A stretch of 64,000 bases of DNA from Octopus sinensis (lineage: Eukaryota), in contig NC_042997.1 of the NCBI RefSeq assembly GCF_006345805.1, positions 41,230,001 through 41,294,000 on the forward strand. Reading direction: 5' to 3'. Below the pieces are notes generated by a model. That model did no database searches and had not been told where the DNA came from. It was given only the letters and a program-made list of their open reading frames with translations. Of the stretch, positions 47,301-55,384 are shown in pieces. The translations under genes and the position numbers were made by a program. How positions within the stretch are numbered: the stretch's first letter is position 1; each line of letters begins with the position of its first letter.

Positions 47301-48168
47301 TATATATATATGCCATTTGATATTCCTTCAGGTTAAGGTGAAGGAATGAATTTAGCAGCAGAGAGACAACTCCAAGCATGTTTCAGTTTTGAGACCTCTT
47401 CATTATAAAAGCCTACCCATGACTGCCAGATTGTTGATGACTAAAGAATTTTAATGAGCGGATACAGAATGGTGTGACAACTTGGAATAGAACACTGCTC
47501 TACAGTTTCTCTATTGTACCTCCTTGATCGCACTTTAGCCTTTCAATACCTAGCATAACCCCTACATAACCCTTTCGGTTCCTCACTCCATTTAGTAGAA
47601 GGAGTGTTTTTCCTTTTTTTTTTTCCTGTCTTGGACATTACTTGGCAACCTCACTCGTAATGATGGCAGGAAAATTGCCCCCAGTCCACTCTGTAAAGTG
47701 GTTGGCATTAGGAAGGGCACCGAGCAATAGAAACCATCTCAAAGCTGACCCTAGAGGTCAATGCTGCTCACCAGATCCTGTCAAACTATTCAATGCAAGC
47801 AAATATGGAAAATGAATGTTAAATGACGATGATGATGATTTTTAACATTGCTTTATATTAATCTAATGTGTTCACAGTAATTACGTGCAAATTGTCCAAC
47901 CTATGCAAGCATGGACAACAGATATTAAATGATGACAATGATGATGTCTGTAAATGATTTCATGAAATAAAGAATATTTCTTCTAACCTTTTTCCGATTC
48001 AAAAGTGATAATAACTTCCTCAGAATCTTGGATCCGTTCTGGCTTTCCTTTAATAGGTCCTCCACTTGATCTACTCTTGTTCTCAAAATAAGACTGAATG
48101 GCTTCCAAACGGAAATCAGTTGGGATTCCTGACACCAATATCGTTCTGCCCTCATCTTCTCCTTCCAT
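12498..48168 (-). CDS. PARP14: PARP14-like macro-domain protein gene, 5' part (9 coding exons, 1,070 codons; 3' end not in window)
   Basis: Exons 47988-48168, 46193-46429, 41222-41455, 30851-32386, 26053-26301, 19598-19777, 13843-13979, 13335-13562 and 12498-12725 join in frame at GT-AG junctions. The domain order RRM-like x3, long middle region, macro, macro matches PARP14. Orthology versus PARP9/15-like is not provable without the catalytic exons. Confidence 0.85.
13335..13562 (-). CDS. PARP14: PARP14-like exon 8 (228 nt, phase 0-0), macro domain 2
   Basis: Acceptor tttgtAG and donor GTaagt. Translates VDVIVNSTNKNLLLNNGSISKFILNAAGPQIQSEC...TKGYNLKCKNVFHL. Confidence 0.9.
13843..13979 (-). 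CDS. PARP14: PARP14-like exon 7 (137 nt, phase 1-0), linker and first strand of macro domain 2
   Basis: Acceptor attttcAG and donor GTgagt. Translates GTTSFNASLLGPQQ...GIKIQLMIGSISNAS. Too short for the ORF track, so found by reading. Confidence 0.8.
14941..15040 (+). mobile_element. RTE-family extreme 3' end
   Basis: gatcagactggagcctggtgcagc...ggacgttaaacgatgatgatg. Confidence 0.85.
15311..16145 (-). mobile_element. RTE 3' UTR copy with VNTR and an internal duplicated segment
   Basis: (ATC)n tail at 15311, terminal block, ~60-bp subrepeats; 15655-15790 is repeated at about 16005-16145. Confidence 0.85.
16160..17990 (-). mobile_element. RTE LINE, 5'-truncated (RT, PHD, 3' UTR)
   Basis: Minus-strand ORFs with QFGFVPGRSTT, LLYPDD, CSVCRKGVGRNSISCTHC and FGYLGDQV. 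Confidence 0.9.
17990..18740 (-). mobile_element. Second RTE fragment abutting the previous copy
   Basis: Repeats the RT C-terminal/PHD segment in the same orientation. Confidence 0.85.
19052..19480 (-). mobile_element. SINE family A, near full-length decayed copy
   Basis: (ATC)n tail, CA tract and head remnants, matching 41622-42036 in reverse. Confidence 0.7.
19598..19777 (-). CDS. PARP14: PARP14-like exon 6 (180 nt, phase 1-1), end of macro domain 1
   Basis: Acceptor tattacAG and donor GTagga. GIYGIPIEEGTKCTVRTIKNYL...IKHICLID completes the AIPAISTGIYG loop. Confidence 0.9.
19842..20830 (-). mobile_element. Internally deleted Helitron (RepHel N-terminal repeats and Zn-finger remnant joined to the 3' terminus); 5' boundary uncertain
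   Basis: The minus strand ends cccgagcaacaccagg-tatctctg-CTAG|T at 19842. SFRYDPSHSYKNDNSVQIGVLNSNCHLCKAF resembles the RepHel N-terminal Zn-finger region. ~63-bp repeats at 20147-20540 encode ESQERR.MRLS.DQQRHA-like units. Confidence 0.7.
21182..21400. mobile_element. hAT-type MITE (219 bp)
   Basis: TIRs cagtggttttca / tgaaaagcactg (11 of 12 match) and a perfect 8-bp TSD ATGTAGGT at 21174-21181 and 21401-21408. Confidence 0.92.
21961..22340. repeat. Long GA-rich polypurine low-complexity tract
   Basis: gagagagtgagaaata-type units over about 380 bp. Confidence 0.9.
23050..23830 (+). mobile_element. RTE 3' end (ORF C-terminus plus 3' UTR)
   Basis: caagagagacg..tggtatggtcatgtg (RLRWYGHV), agacccaggaaga, terminal block and (GAT)n. 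Confidence 0.8.
23950..24042. ncRNA. Isolated ~37-bp-stem hairpin; candidate pri-miRNA or tiny fold-back element
   Basis: 23959-23986 pairs with 24006-24033 (26 Watson-Crick, 1 G-U, 1 mismatch) around a 19-nt loop, with a looser lower stem out to 23950/24042. Confidence 0.4.
24085..24680 (-). mobile_element. RTE 3' UTR copy
   Basis: Reverse terminal block, subrepeats and ORF end (aaggtctc). Confidence 0.8.
25370..25870 (-). mobile_element. Two adjacent RTE 3'-end fragments
   Basis: catcatcatttaacgtccg.. at 25388 and a second (ATC) tail with terminal block from about 25670. Confidence 0.75.
26053..26301 (-). CDS. PARP14: PARP14-like exon 5 (249 nt, phase 1-1), core of macro domain 1
   Basis: Acceptor ctttgcAG and donor GTaaga. 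Translates GGFEIQAES...TKAGKLKCKTIIHAVGPVW...SIAIPAIST. Confidence 0.93.
26398..27690 (+). mobile_element. RTE LINE 3' portion (PHD, RT C-terminus, 3' UTR)
   Basis: LEVVDSFCYL..SGGGYSESV, GTCGRGRSRKKWDEVVKHD, subrepeats and terminal block. Confidence 0.88.
27690..28080 (-). mobile_element. SINE family D, with internal tandem duplication of about 180 bp
   Basis: cacaaggggctagacacagagaggac..aactggtacttatttaatcgaccccgaaaggatgaaagg..gaactcagaacgtaacggcagacgaaatac occurs twice. Confidence 0.85.
28290..28530 (+). mobile_element. RTE C-terminal fragment
   Basis: WLRHVMWMD..KKCCTFKVDGACGRGRPRKT. Confidence 0.75.
30320..30810 (-). mobile_element. SINE family A copy, interrupted, ending about 40 bp from the exon 4 donor
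   Basis: gggcttctttcagtttc-like head at 30660-30810 and tail remnants at 30320-30470. Confidence 0.65.
30851..32386 (-). CDS. PARP14: PARP14-like exon 4 (1,536 nt, phase 1-1): end of RRM3, long middle (KH-like) region, start of macro domain 1
   Basis: 512 open codons, with acceptor taatttAG and donor GTgagt. Ends IVLKEDDITTLDTDAIVNAANGKLDHKGGIAAAIVRK, a macro-domain motif. The KH assignment is by analogy with PARP14. Confidence 0.92.
32593..34021. repeat. 115-bp tandem array (12 full units plus one partial), derived from the 3' half of SINE family D
   Basis: Unit starts at 32593, 32708, 32823, 32938, 33053, 33168, 33283, 33398, 33513, 33627, 33741, 33856 and 33971. The core ggccagcaattt..gtcaattacatcaaccccagtgctcaactggtacttatttt matches 42860-42945. 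Confidence 0.95.
34021..34522. repeat. Diverged ~180-bp direct repeat pair flanking a (CA)n tract
   Basis: 34021-34200 resembles 34348-34522 (ttgctcctgtatgataaaactt..gaagatcag.caacagactcag..tatggact). Confidence 0.85.
34633..35070 (+). mobile_element. RTE 3' UTR solo copy with four ~63-bp subrepeats and a long (GAT)n tail
   Basis: caccatccgagcgtggccgt recurs at 34699, 34763 and 34826; CpG-rich, so apparently young. Confidence 0.88.
35296..36762 (+). mobile_element. RTE LINE 3' portion with an intact C4HC3 PHD finger and complete 3' UTR
   Basis: CSICRKGVGRNSIRCTQCKLWMHKRCSNIKGKLTDKIAFICSRC at 35359-35490; FRYLGDQV; RLRWYGHVLRM; VNTR; (GAT)n tail. Confidence 0.92.
37533..37700 (-). mobile_element. 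3' end of a second RTE-like lineage with a C-terminal C2H2-type finger
   Basis: The minus strand reads SLVCNVCSRICLSRAGLVTHQQSHKCKI* followed by a short 3' UTR, resembling the C-termini of some RTE elements. Confidence 0.6.
37765..37829. repeat. 17-bp tandem repeat (about 3.8 units) inside a SINE A remnant
   Basis: agtagaagacactcttt at 37779, 37796 and 37813. Confidence 0.85.
38340..39060 (+). mobile_element. Two decayed copies of SINE-like family E (38340-38610 and 38900-39060)
   Basis: Shared gtagctgtaa.tcaaagggg..ctgtgtgagg.tga..tgcatgtc.gtggagta.tcagccacttgc.agttaattt. Confidence 0.65.
39065..39077 (+). promoter_or_regulatory. IRF-E/ISRE-like motif in intron 3
   Basis: GAAAAGCGAAAGT matches the IRF-E consensus G(A)AAASYGAAASY exactly; function untested. 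Confidence 0.3.
39457..40570. mobile_element. Two head-to-tail copies of repeat family C, separated and flanked by (AAT/AAC)n
   Basis: 39457-39970 and 39997-40550; both match 9538-9920. Confidence 0.8.
40600..41150 (+). mobile_element. R4/Dong-like 3' fragment (endonuclease region), decayed
   Basis: aaaatcttgtgggattt (KILWDF), gatgttgca (DVA) and tggggccctggggacagt (GALGTV); parallels 8940-9400. Confidence 0.6.
41222..41455 (-). CDS. PARP14: PARP14-like exon 3 (234 nt, phase 1-1), end of RRM2 and start of RRM3
   Basis: Acceptor tattgcAG and donor GTaagt. Translates DFECVQRMCKKKPLKG...LQSYFGNRKESSGGDI...VSFKEAY. Confidence 0.88.
41622..42036 (+). mobile_element. SINE family A, full-length (tRNA-like head plus RTE-like 3' tail)
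   Basis: A-box tggctgtgtgg, B-box ggttcagtcc, and tail aagggcatccagctg..caacccatgcaagcatggaaaagcggacg..gatgatgat shared with RTE 3' ends. Confidence 0.85.
42488..42840 (-). mobile_element. RTE 3' UTR copy
   Basis: Reverse terminal block plus ORF-end remnant. Confidence 0.75.
42850..43040 (-). mobile_element. SINE family D copy
   Basis: cacaaggccagcaattt..gaccccagt..ctggtacttattt..gaaaggatgaaaggcaaag. Confidence 0.75.
43678..43835. repeat. Compound trinucleotide microsatellite (CAT/CAC/CAG)
   Basis: Read directly from the sequence. Confidence 0.9.
44350..44890 (+). mobile_element. RTE 3' UTR solo copy with multiple subrepeats
   Basis: caccattcgag.gtgatcgttacc subrepeats, terminal block and (GAT)n. 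Confidence 0.85.
45723..45960 (+). mobile_element. SINE family A 5' portion
   Basis: gggctgtgtgctaagaagtttgcttcccaaccacatggttctgggttcagtcccactgcgtggcacc..ggaaactgaaagaagccc. Confidence 0.8.
46193..46429 (-). CDS. PARP14: PARP14-like exon 2 (237 nt, phase 1-1), end of RRM1 and start of RRM2
   Basis: Acceptor attttcAG and donor GTaagt. DAENVVQRKVHNVSKHKLHVDWY...FLVYCQNEI continues the frame of exon 1. Confidence 0.85.
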
Positions 48169-48185
48169 ACTCGAGGCAGATATTC
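47988..48185 (-). CDS. PARP14: PARP14-like exon 1 (candidate ATG at 48168), N-terminal part of RRM-like 1
   Basis: Acceptor ttttgcAG at 48187-48186 and donor GTtaga at 47987. Translates MEGEDEGRTILVSGIP...YFENKSRSSGG...ITFESEK; the YFEN..RSxGG motif is typical of PARP14/PARP10-type RRMs. An upstream exon may exist. Confidence 0.85.
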
Positions 48186-48699
48186 CTGCAAAATAAAACC
48201 AAGATTTAATGCTAGACAAATACAAGTTACTCACCATCCATGTAACAATTTAATGCTATCCACATCATAAACATCCACTTTACATGCCTGATGTAAACCT
48301 GAAATACATATAGCCTTCAAACAGTCCAGGTATGCGAGAAGTAACAGTCAAAGTTTTTCAAAAGTTCACCCAGTTATTTTTAAAATAGACAAATACACTT
48401 GCCAAAATCGTTTTGTCTTGAGAATATCTGCAAAGAAGTTATGGCATTCCTGATTGAACAATGCTAATTTCACTCACAGAAACCAGAGTTCTAACATATG
48501 TCCATGAAATCTGAAAGTCATACCTCTCAGCTTTAAAATCTTTAAAAAGATGTTTTTCAATAAAACAGCCACACAAATGCCACCAAATGATGCCATTTAC
48601 TATGACAAACTTCACCTAAATACACATTTTCCAAACAATTCTTTCTTCTATGCACACTGACATTACACATCCTGCGGATCATACTAGCTTCCTTTCTTG

Positions 48700-49670
48700 C
48701 AAGGTTATGCATGTCTTCAGCAGTCACGAGCCATGTTTCACTGCCATGTCACATGGCTGTTCAAACACAGGCATTATTCAGTCTACCTTTCACCCTGAGT
48801 GAGAGGACCTTTGTTAGCCAGGCTATTCTTATTTTAACCGCTACACTCTTAGAGCATTCACCCCAACCACTGATTTGTAATGGAAGCTATAACTACTTCT
48901 AGTTTTTCATCCTGGCATGTGACAGAATTTGTTTTCTGTACATCTTCAGTGTTTATTGCACTTGTGCATCTTCCACACACAAAAACTATCTTCCCTTGAT
49001 ATTGCTGCACCTCTTATATGTCCATAGCTTACACTCGGTACATCTTATGGAGTTTCTACCTATGCCTTTTCTACAGATTGAGCAGGGTCATCTACCTGAA
49101 GGGATTTGTGATATGTCTACCTTCCTACTTACTTTGGTTTTTGCTAGGTTGACTCTAAGGCCTTTCATTTTAAGACCTTGCTTTCACATCTGAAACTTTT
49201 TCTCTAGTTCAGATATTGACTCAGCTATTAGAACAAGGTCATCAGCATAGGAGGAGCTCCTGGGTGCAGCCTGTCATTGCCCAGAAGACTATGATGAATA
49301 AGAGAGAGCTGAGGACTTGGTGAATCCTTGCTTCTATCCTGAATTCTTCGCTTGTTGCTAACCCTCACTTTACTGACAGCATCCCTGTACAGGGCTTGTA
49401 TGGCTCTCAACAACTCCTCATCTATCCCTAGTTTCCTCATTGACCACCAGATAAGGGATTGGGGGACCCTGTCAAAGGCTTTCTACATGTCAGCAAACGC
49501 CACAGAGGTTTAGCTTTGGCTAGGTATTTCTCCTGCAGCTGTCTTACCAGAAATATAGCATCAGTGGTGCTTCTCCCTGGCACAAACCCAAACTGCATCT
49601 TCTCTAAACAACTCTCTCCCTAATTAGTTGGGCTGTGACTTTCATTACCTGATCCAACCCCATCCCTACC
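48700..49670 (-). mobile_element. RTE LINE internal fragment (RT plus PHD)
   Basis: Reverse of QFGFVPGRST, MRKLGIDE, LLLC.DDL and the PHD segment. Confidence 0.88.
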
Positions 49671-50300
49671 AGCTTTATCTTCTCATGTGTATATATATAT
49701 ATATATTGGAGTGGCTAAAAATATATCTATGTACATACATATATGTAAATGAATGTATGTGTGTGTGTGTGTATGGACTGCCTAGAGATGTATATGTATG
49801 AATATATACGTAAGTGATTGTGTATGCATGAAGGTATCTGTGAGTGTATATGTGTGTATATATGGGTATCTATATATGAATATATGTGGGGGAGGCTTTG
49901 TATATTTCTGGACCACTGAATACTGAAGGGCAGATAATAAAATTCCACATGTACAGCCCCTAACAAGAGGAAGAGATTGAAAATCAGACAGTAGCAACAT
50001 AGACACCCAATACATCCGATATTACTCATAGCAGGCATACAGAAGCATGTTAACAGCAAGCAGAAGGAGACTGCCAGTATCAACTAAATTCAAACAAGGG
50101 AGTTGGATGTGTTAGCATTGAAGTGGAAGGTTTTTTAACAGAGACAGCAATTGAATATCACCTGAGAAAATACAACTGGATTCTATTATATAGGTAAACT
50201 GATGCATACTTGTATATGTGAAGAGTTATGTTGTATGGAAACATGTTTAGTGATTAGAAAATAACTGTCAAACTGTAACCCTTCTTGTTGATCCATATTC

Positions 50301-50336
<36 letters not shown>

Positions 50337-50339
50337 AAA

Positions 50340-50560
50340 ATATCAAATGGAAATTGTAGTTGTGATACCTGTGCCAGTGGCACATAAAAAGCACCCACTA
50401 CACTCTCGGAGTGGTTGGCGATAGGAAGGGCATCCAGCTGTAGAATTCTGCCAAATCAGATTGGAGCCTGGTGCAGGTTCCTGACTTCCCAGACCCCAGT
50501 CGAACCATCCAAACCATGCCAGCACAGAAAATGGACGTAAAACGATGATGATGATGATAT
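50340..50560 (+). mobile_element. RTE 3' end
   Basis: atcaaatggaaattgtagttgtgatacc.., terminal block and (GAT)n. Confidence 0.85.
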
Positions 50561-50848
50561 ATATATATATCTCTTATGATAAAAGGCAGATTTTCTCTGC
50601 CTGTTCCCATGTTTCTTTTTAATACAATTCTACAATATAGAATTTCTTCTATTGGAATTTACCTATGATTTTTCCAAGTAGATTCAATTGGGTCATGGCA
50701 TGTAAAGTTTTTTCAATTTGACCCCCAATTAAGTAAAAATTCGAGAAAACTCAATATTTTACGATTTGCCTCTCTCATTTCAAGTGCTTCACTCCTTCCA
50801 TTACCACCACACTTTCTCCTACTTTCTCTTTGCAAGTGTGCAACAATT

Positions 50849-50859
50849 AAAGTGAAAGT
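50849..50859 (+). promoter_or_regulatory. IRF-E-like motif about 2.7 kb upstream of the PARP14-like first coding exon
   Basis: AAAGTGAAAGT matches 11 of 12 positions of the IRF-E consensus; the TSS is unknown. Confidence 0.2.
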
Positions 50860-51613
50860 ATTTATATAACAGGGATGAGCCATTAATACTGGTCATCCTT
50901 TTTGCTAGAAGAAGATCCGCTATGGTCTTATATGCTACACCACTGGTTTTCAATTCATATTAATCAAATTAATATTCAATTTTTCACCCTTATTATGCGT
51001 GTGTGTGTGTATTAGCATTGTATAAAATTGCATCAATGACTTGAACTTGAATAAGTGGTTTCACATAAAAGGGGATAAATTAAAAAGGTTTGTTGTTATT
51101 ATTATCACTGTTTGACTATTGTAATCACGTTTGTTAGTTCCTCGTCAGGGAAACGCTGTTGTGTTGCATTTGTTAAATAATTGTAAACCGTAACCCTCCC
51201 CCTTTCAGAGAAGGGGCTTTGGTTATTGTTTAAAAATTGAATTGTGTCCCTGTTTGGGGAAATTGACAATATTTTCACCGTCTTTACGGAAGCATTTTTG
51301 TTAAAATGCTTTCGATAGAAGAAAGTCCAAAAATGAATTTTGCTGCAGCCGTACACTTCTATACAAGAGGGAGGACAAGATCCAATTGATCGAAATTGCA
51401 AGAGACGGGCCTACAATTCCAGTCTGTTATATATTTTGAGTACTGTTATCACTACCGATATCAAGATATAACTTAGTATTTTGTATTTTATGTGTAGATG
51501 TATATATATAGATGTACATGTAATATGTACACATGTATATATACACATATATACATGCATAATATATCTACCCATACACACATACGCACACACACACACA
51601 CACACATACATAG

Positions 51614-51693
51614 GGGCAGGCGTGGCTGTGTGGTAACAAACTACGTTCCAAACACATGGTCCTGGGTTCAGTCCCACTGTGTGGTGACTTGGC
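51614..51693 (+). mobile_element. SINE family A head, truncated by Helitron sequence
   Basis: ggcaggcgtggctgtgtggtaac..ggttcagtcccactgtgtgg, then an abrupt switch to helicase coding sequence. Confidence 0.8.
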
Positions 51694-53100
51694 ATGTGTA
51701 GGCACAAACACTCTGTCTTCACATTTGCTGCGTGAGACATGTTTTAATGTTGACGAGCTTGCCGAGTACATAGCCGACAATGAGCCAAAGCTCCTTCCAG
51801 AACACAAGTTCGCTTACAACTCTGTTGTTAATTCAGTCTGGGCCAAAGCTGGGGGGATTTTTTTCCTGGATGCTCCTGGGGGCACTAAGAAAACTTTTGT
51901 CGACAAATTAATATTGGCTGAGATTAGGCGAACACAAGGCATTGCCCTAGCTGTGGCATCATCTGGAATTGCAGCTACTTTGTTGCCAGGCAGCAGGACA
52001 GCTCACTCCACTTTCAAGCTCCCGCTTGATTTAGCGAAGACTGAGACACCAACTTGCAACGTCAGTAACAGCTCCGATCAGGCAGAAGTCTTCAGATGAT
52101 GCAAGCTTATCGTTTGGGATGAATGCACGATGGCCCACAGACATGCTCTTGAGGCACTACATAGATCTCTCAGAGACATCAAACACTCTTCAGCTCCCAT
52201 GGGAGGCATAACACTTCTTCTTTCAGGGGACTTCCGACAAACACTTCCCAAAGGGACTACAGCTGATGCAGTAAGTGCGTGTCTTAAGTCATCCACATTG
52301 TGGCCACTGGTGAAGACTCTCAAACTTCACACCAATATGCGTGCTCATATGCAACGTGATATCACATCAGCAGCATTTTCTCACACCCTCCTTGCACTTG
52401 GTGAAGGCAAAATACCAGGGGATGAAAATGGTAATATTGCCATCGATTCTATTTGTACTATTGTTAAAACGCCTTCTGATCTCAGAGATGCAGCATTCCC
52501 AGATCTACAAGCTAATTATCAGAATATGGATTGGATTGGCCAAAGGGCTATTCTGGCCCCGAGGAATAAAACTGTTCACCATATTAATGATGAAATGCTA
52601 AAACTCATTCCTGGGGATGTCTATGTATATAAGTCTATCGATACAACTCCTGACCCAGAGGATGTCATCAACTATCCAATAGAGGTACTCAATTCCTTTG
52701 AGCCCCCTGGACTACAACCACACATTCTCAAACTTAAAGTTGGTGCTCCTATAATGCTCATTAGAAATTTGGTTCCCCCAAAACAATGCAATGGCACACG
52801 TTTCATCGTTAAGTCCTTATCTCCCAATCTGATTGAGGCCACCATTATCACAGGGTGCGGTCAAGGCAACGTTGTGCTCATACCTAGGATGCATCTTTTC
52901 CCATCAGGAGCAGACCTACCTTTCATATTTCAGAGGTCCCAGTTCCCAGTAAGGCCATGTTTCACAATGGAAATTAATATCAAATTTCCCTGTGCTTTGT
53001 CAATTAACAAAGCGCAGGGTCAAACACTGTCTGTAGCAGGAATACATTTGGGAGAGCCATGTTTCTCTCATGGTCAGCTTTATGTTGCCTGCTCGCATTC
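51694..53100 (+). pseudogene. Helitron PIF1-family helicase domain, about 470 codons with one in-frame stop
   Basis: IFFLDAPGGTKKT (motif I with G to K), ALAVASSGIAATLL, RTAHSTFKLP, LIVWDECTM, LLSGDFRQTLP, GAPIMLIRNL, CNGTR, SINKAQGQTL, FSHGQLYVACS. The two track ORFs share a frame, split by TGA at 52097-52099. Confidence 0.92.
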
Positions 53101-53970
53101 GTTCCACAACGAAAAACAAAAAGCATTGTGTACAAGAAGGCTTTATAGGATTACTACGTTTCATCATTTTTGAACACGTTAGTATTTCACTTACATACGA
53201 CTCTCTTTTATGATGGCATTTACATTTTTAGGCATTTCATGACATTAATTCACACTTAACCAACACCTGTCCTTCGCTCACCTCTATTTCTATCCATTCA
53301 TCATCAAACCACCAGCCTCATCTTCTATATCCAACGTACATGACACATCTACCCCCTACATCTACACTCTCACTGTTAAAGTTTACATAAGCGACAACAC
53401 GATCGCAACATACACTTTGGAAACTAAGCAATAGATCATTTTATACAACAACAAATTTAATCATAACGCCCATCAATGAAAACATCTCCACTGTGTTGTG
53501 ATTCATCTATTCAGCACCACTACAGTCTTGCCGGTTTGACATATGGTGAGTAGATGTTATTGTTCTATATTTTATAAATTACCCATATTTACTTACCCAT
53601 GCTTCATTCCCTTCTTGCCTACATAGGGCATTCATTCTCTTTTAACACAGCATGAAGTTTTGTAACAGCACATCCGCTGCCGTTCATGGAAAACGAAGAG
53701 ACCCTATTCACCTGCGAACATTTTACATCGCCTTCCACGACTATCAAATTCTTACAATTATGAGAACAATAACATGGCTCTTTTCAAGGCAACCTCGCAT
53801 TCAATTCTACGAAGGGTTAGGAACACCTTTACACGGCTTTCTATACACTTACAAATACATTCATTCACCATAAACTTATATCAATATTTGCCTGAATAAT
53901 CATCATAATTCAGTGCAATCATTAACAGTACTTTCAAGCAATTCAGCCCCAAGCATTGCCGGGCAATTCT
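51694..53970 (+). mobile_element. 5'-truncated autonomous-type Helitron (helicase plus putative 3' region)
   Basis: Helicase as above. cccaagcattgccggg at about 53948-53963 resembles the Helitron 3' hairpin, but the expected CTAG is replaced by (GT)n. Confidence 0.55.
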
Positions 53971-55384
53971 GTGTGTGTGTGTGTGTGTGTGTGTGTATAA
54001 AAAAAGGAATACAAAAATGTTAGGTGGTACAAAAAAAGGAAAGAAAGAACAAGGACGGGTAATTTGAAGTTTTCTTTCCTCAGTCGAGTTCTTACATATA
54101 AGATGCTAAAGTGTACGTAAACGTACACCACCAAATGTATGTAAAAAGGAATACAAAAAATGGGACAAGAACACAAAACATTCAGACAGATGACAGAAAA
54201 AAGGGATAAGAAAAACAAGGATGGGTCATTCAGAGTTTTCTTTCCTTAGTCGTATATATATATCAAAATAGCGTTACAGATAGAAACACCCACAATTTCA
54301 TCAACTCCAAAAGTTATTCACTCAACCATGCCATAGAATATTATACATTATACTTAATATTTCTATTCATAATTCGAAAATTTTCCATATTAGAGACTAC
54401 ACGTATTTCATGAGTGTGCGTTTGGTGTTATCAAGACACACAGTCTCTTTCAAGAACTCATTATGTTTACGCAACCCCAATCGTCAGGTCTACTTTCCCC
54501 ACATTAATAAGTATATCTACCCCTTATATATCACTACGTCAGTTAAAATACAAATATACATATATATAAGTAAAAATAAATAAATAAATAAATTCATGAA
54601 CCTTATAAATTTAAGACATAAGCAATTTAAGGAATAAAAATGGATATGAAATACGACTAAAAAAATATACGAATGAAAAAATATGAATGAAAAAAAATAT
54701 GTGAATAAATCAGGATAAAAATTACAAGAAGAATATGAATAAAAATTAATAAATTAATATAATAAAATTAAAAATAGAATGTAAAAAGTAAAAATTATGA
54801 ACAAATTGAGTGTTAACTTATGTTTTTCAATTTACGCCCATCAAAATTAATATATGTCTCCATCTTGTCAAAACCGTTCAATCCATTCTTAAAAATTCCT
54901 AAGTTATTTGAGTTGATTTTAATTTATATTATAAGGTTCTTAGAAAGTATTTATTCTTATATATACTTGCCATGTATTAATGGTACACAATAAAACTACC
55001 CAATAATTAGCATAATACTGTCAGGGGAACCGGAAGTAAATGTATTATGGGAATAATCTATCTTTTCCCTCATTTAAAAATTTTTTTATTCCTCCTCCCA
55101 GTCTCACGATCGAACATCTATCTTTCCTGATATTCAAGTAATAAGTTTTTTCTTTATACTCATGATTCAGATATTTTATGATTCATAGAAATTTCATTTA
55201 TTATGTGTTTATGTAATTATATAAATTCAATATTGTTTAATAACTATATTTCTCCTATCATTCTTGAAAATTTAAACTCCATTTCTGAATTAAAATTTAT
55301 AAATTTCCAAACTAATCTTGTGTGACGTACAGCTACAAATGTAATTAAATTTATCATAACTGAAATTATCCAAATAATATGTTA

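Noticed and set aside
48186-48237. MVSNLYL... upstream extension of exon 1, or a 48-nt micro-intron
   Set aside because: It overlaps the acceptor pyrimidine tract, and the GTGAGT at its start would define an implausibly short intron. Not supportable without RNA data.
51105-51401. 98-aa minus-strand ORF upstream of the gene
   Set aside because: No recognisable motif or splice donor; the region is kept only as a promoter candidate.
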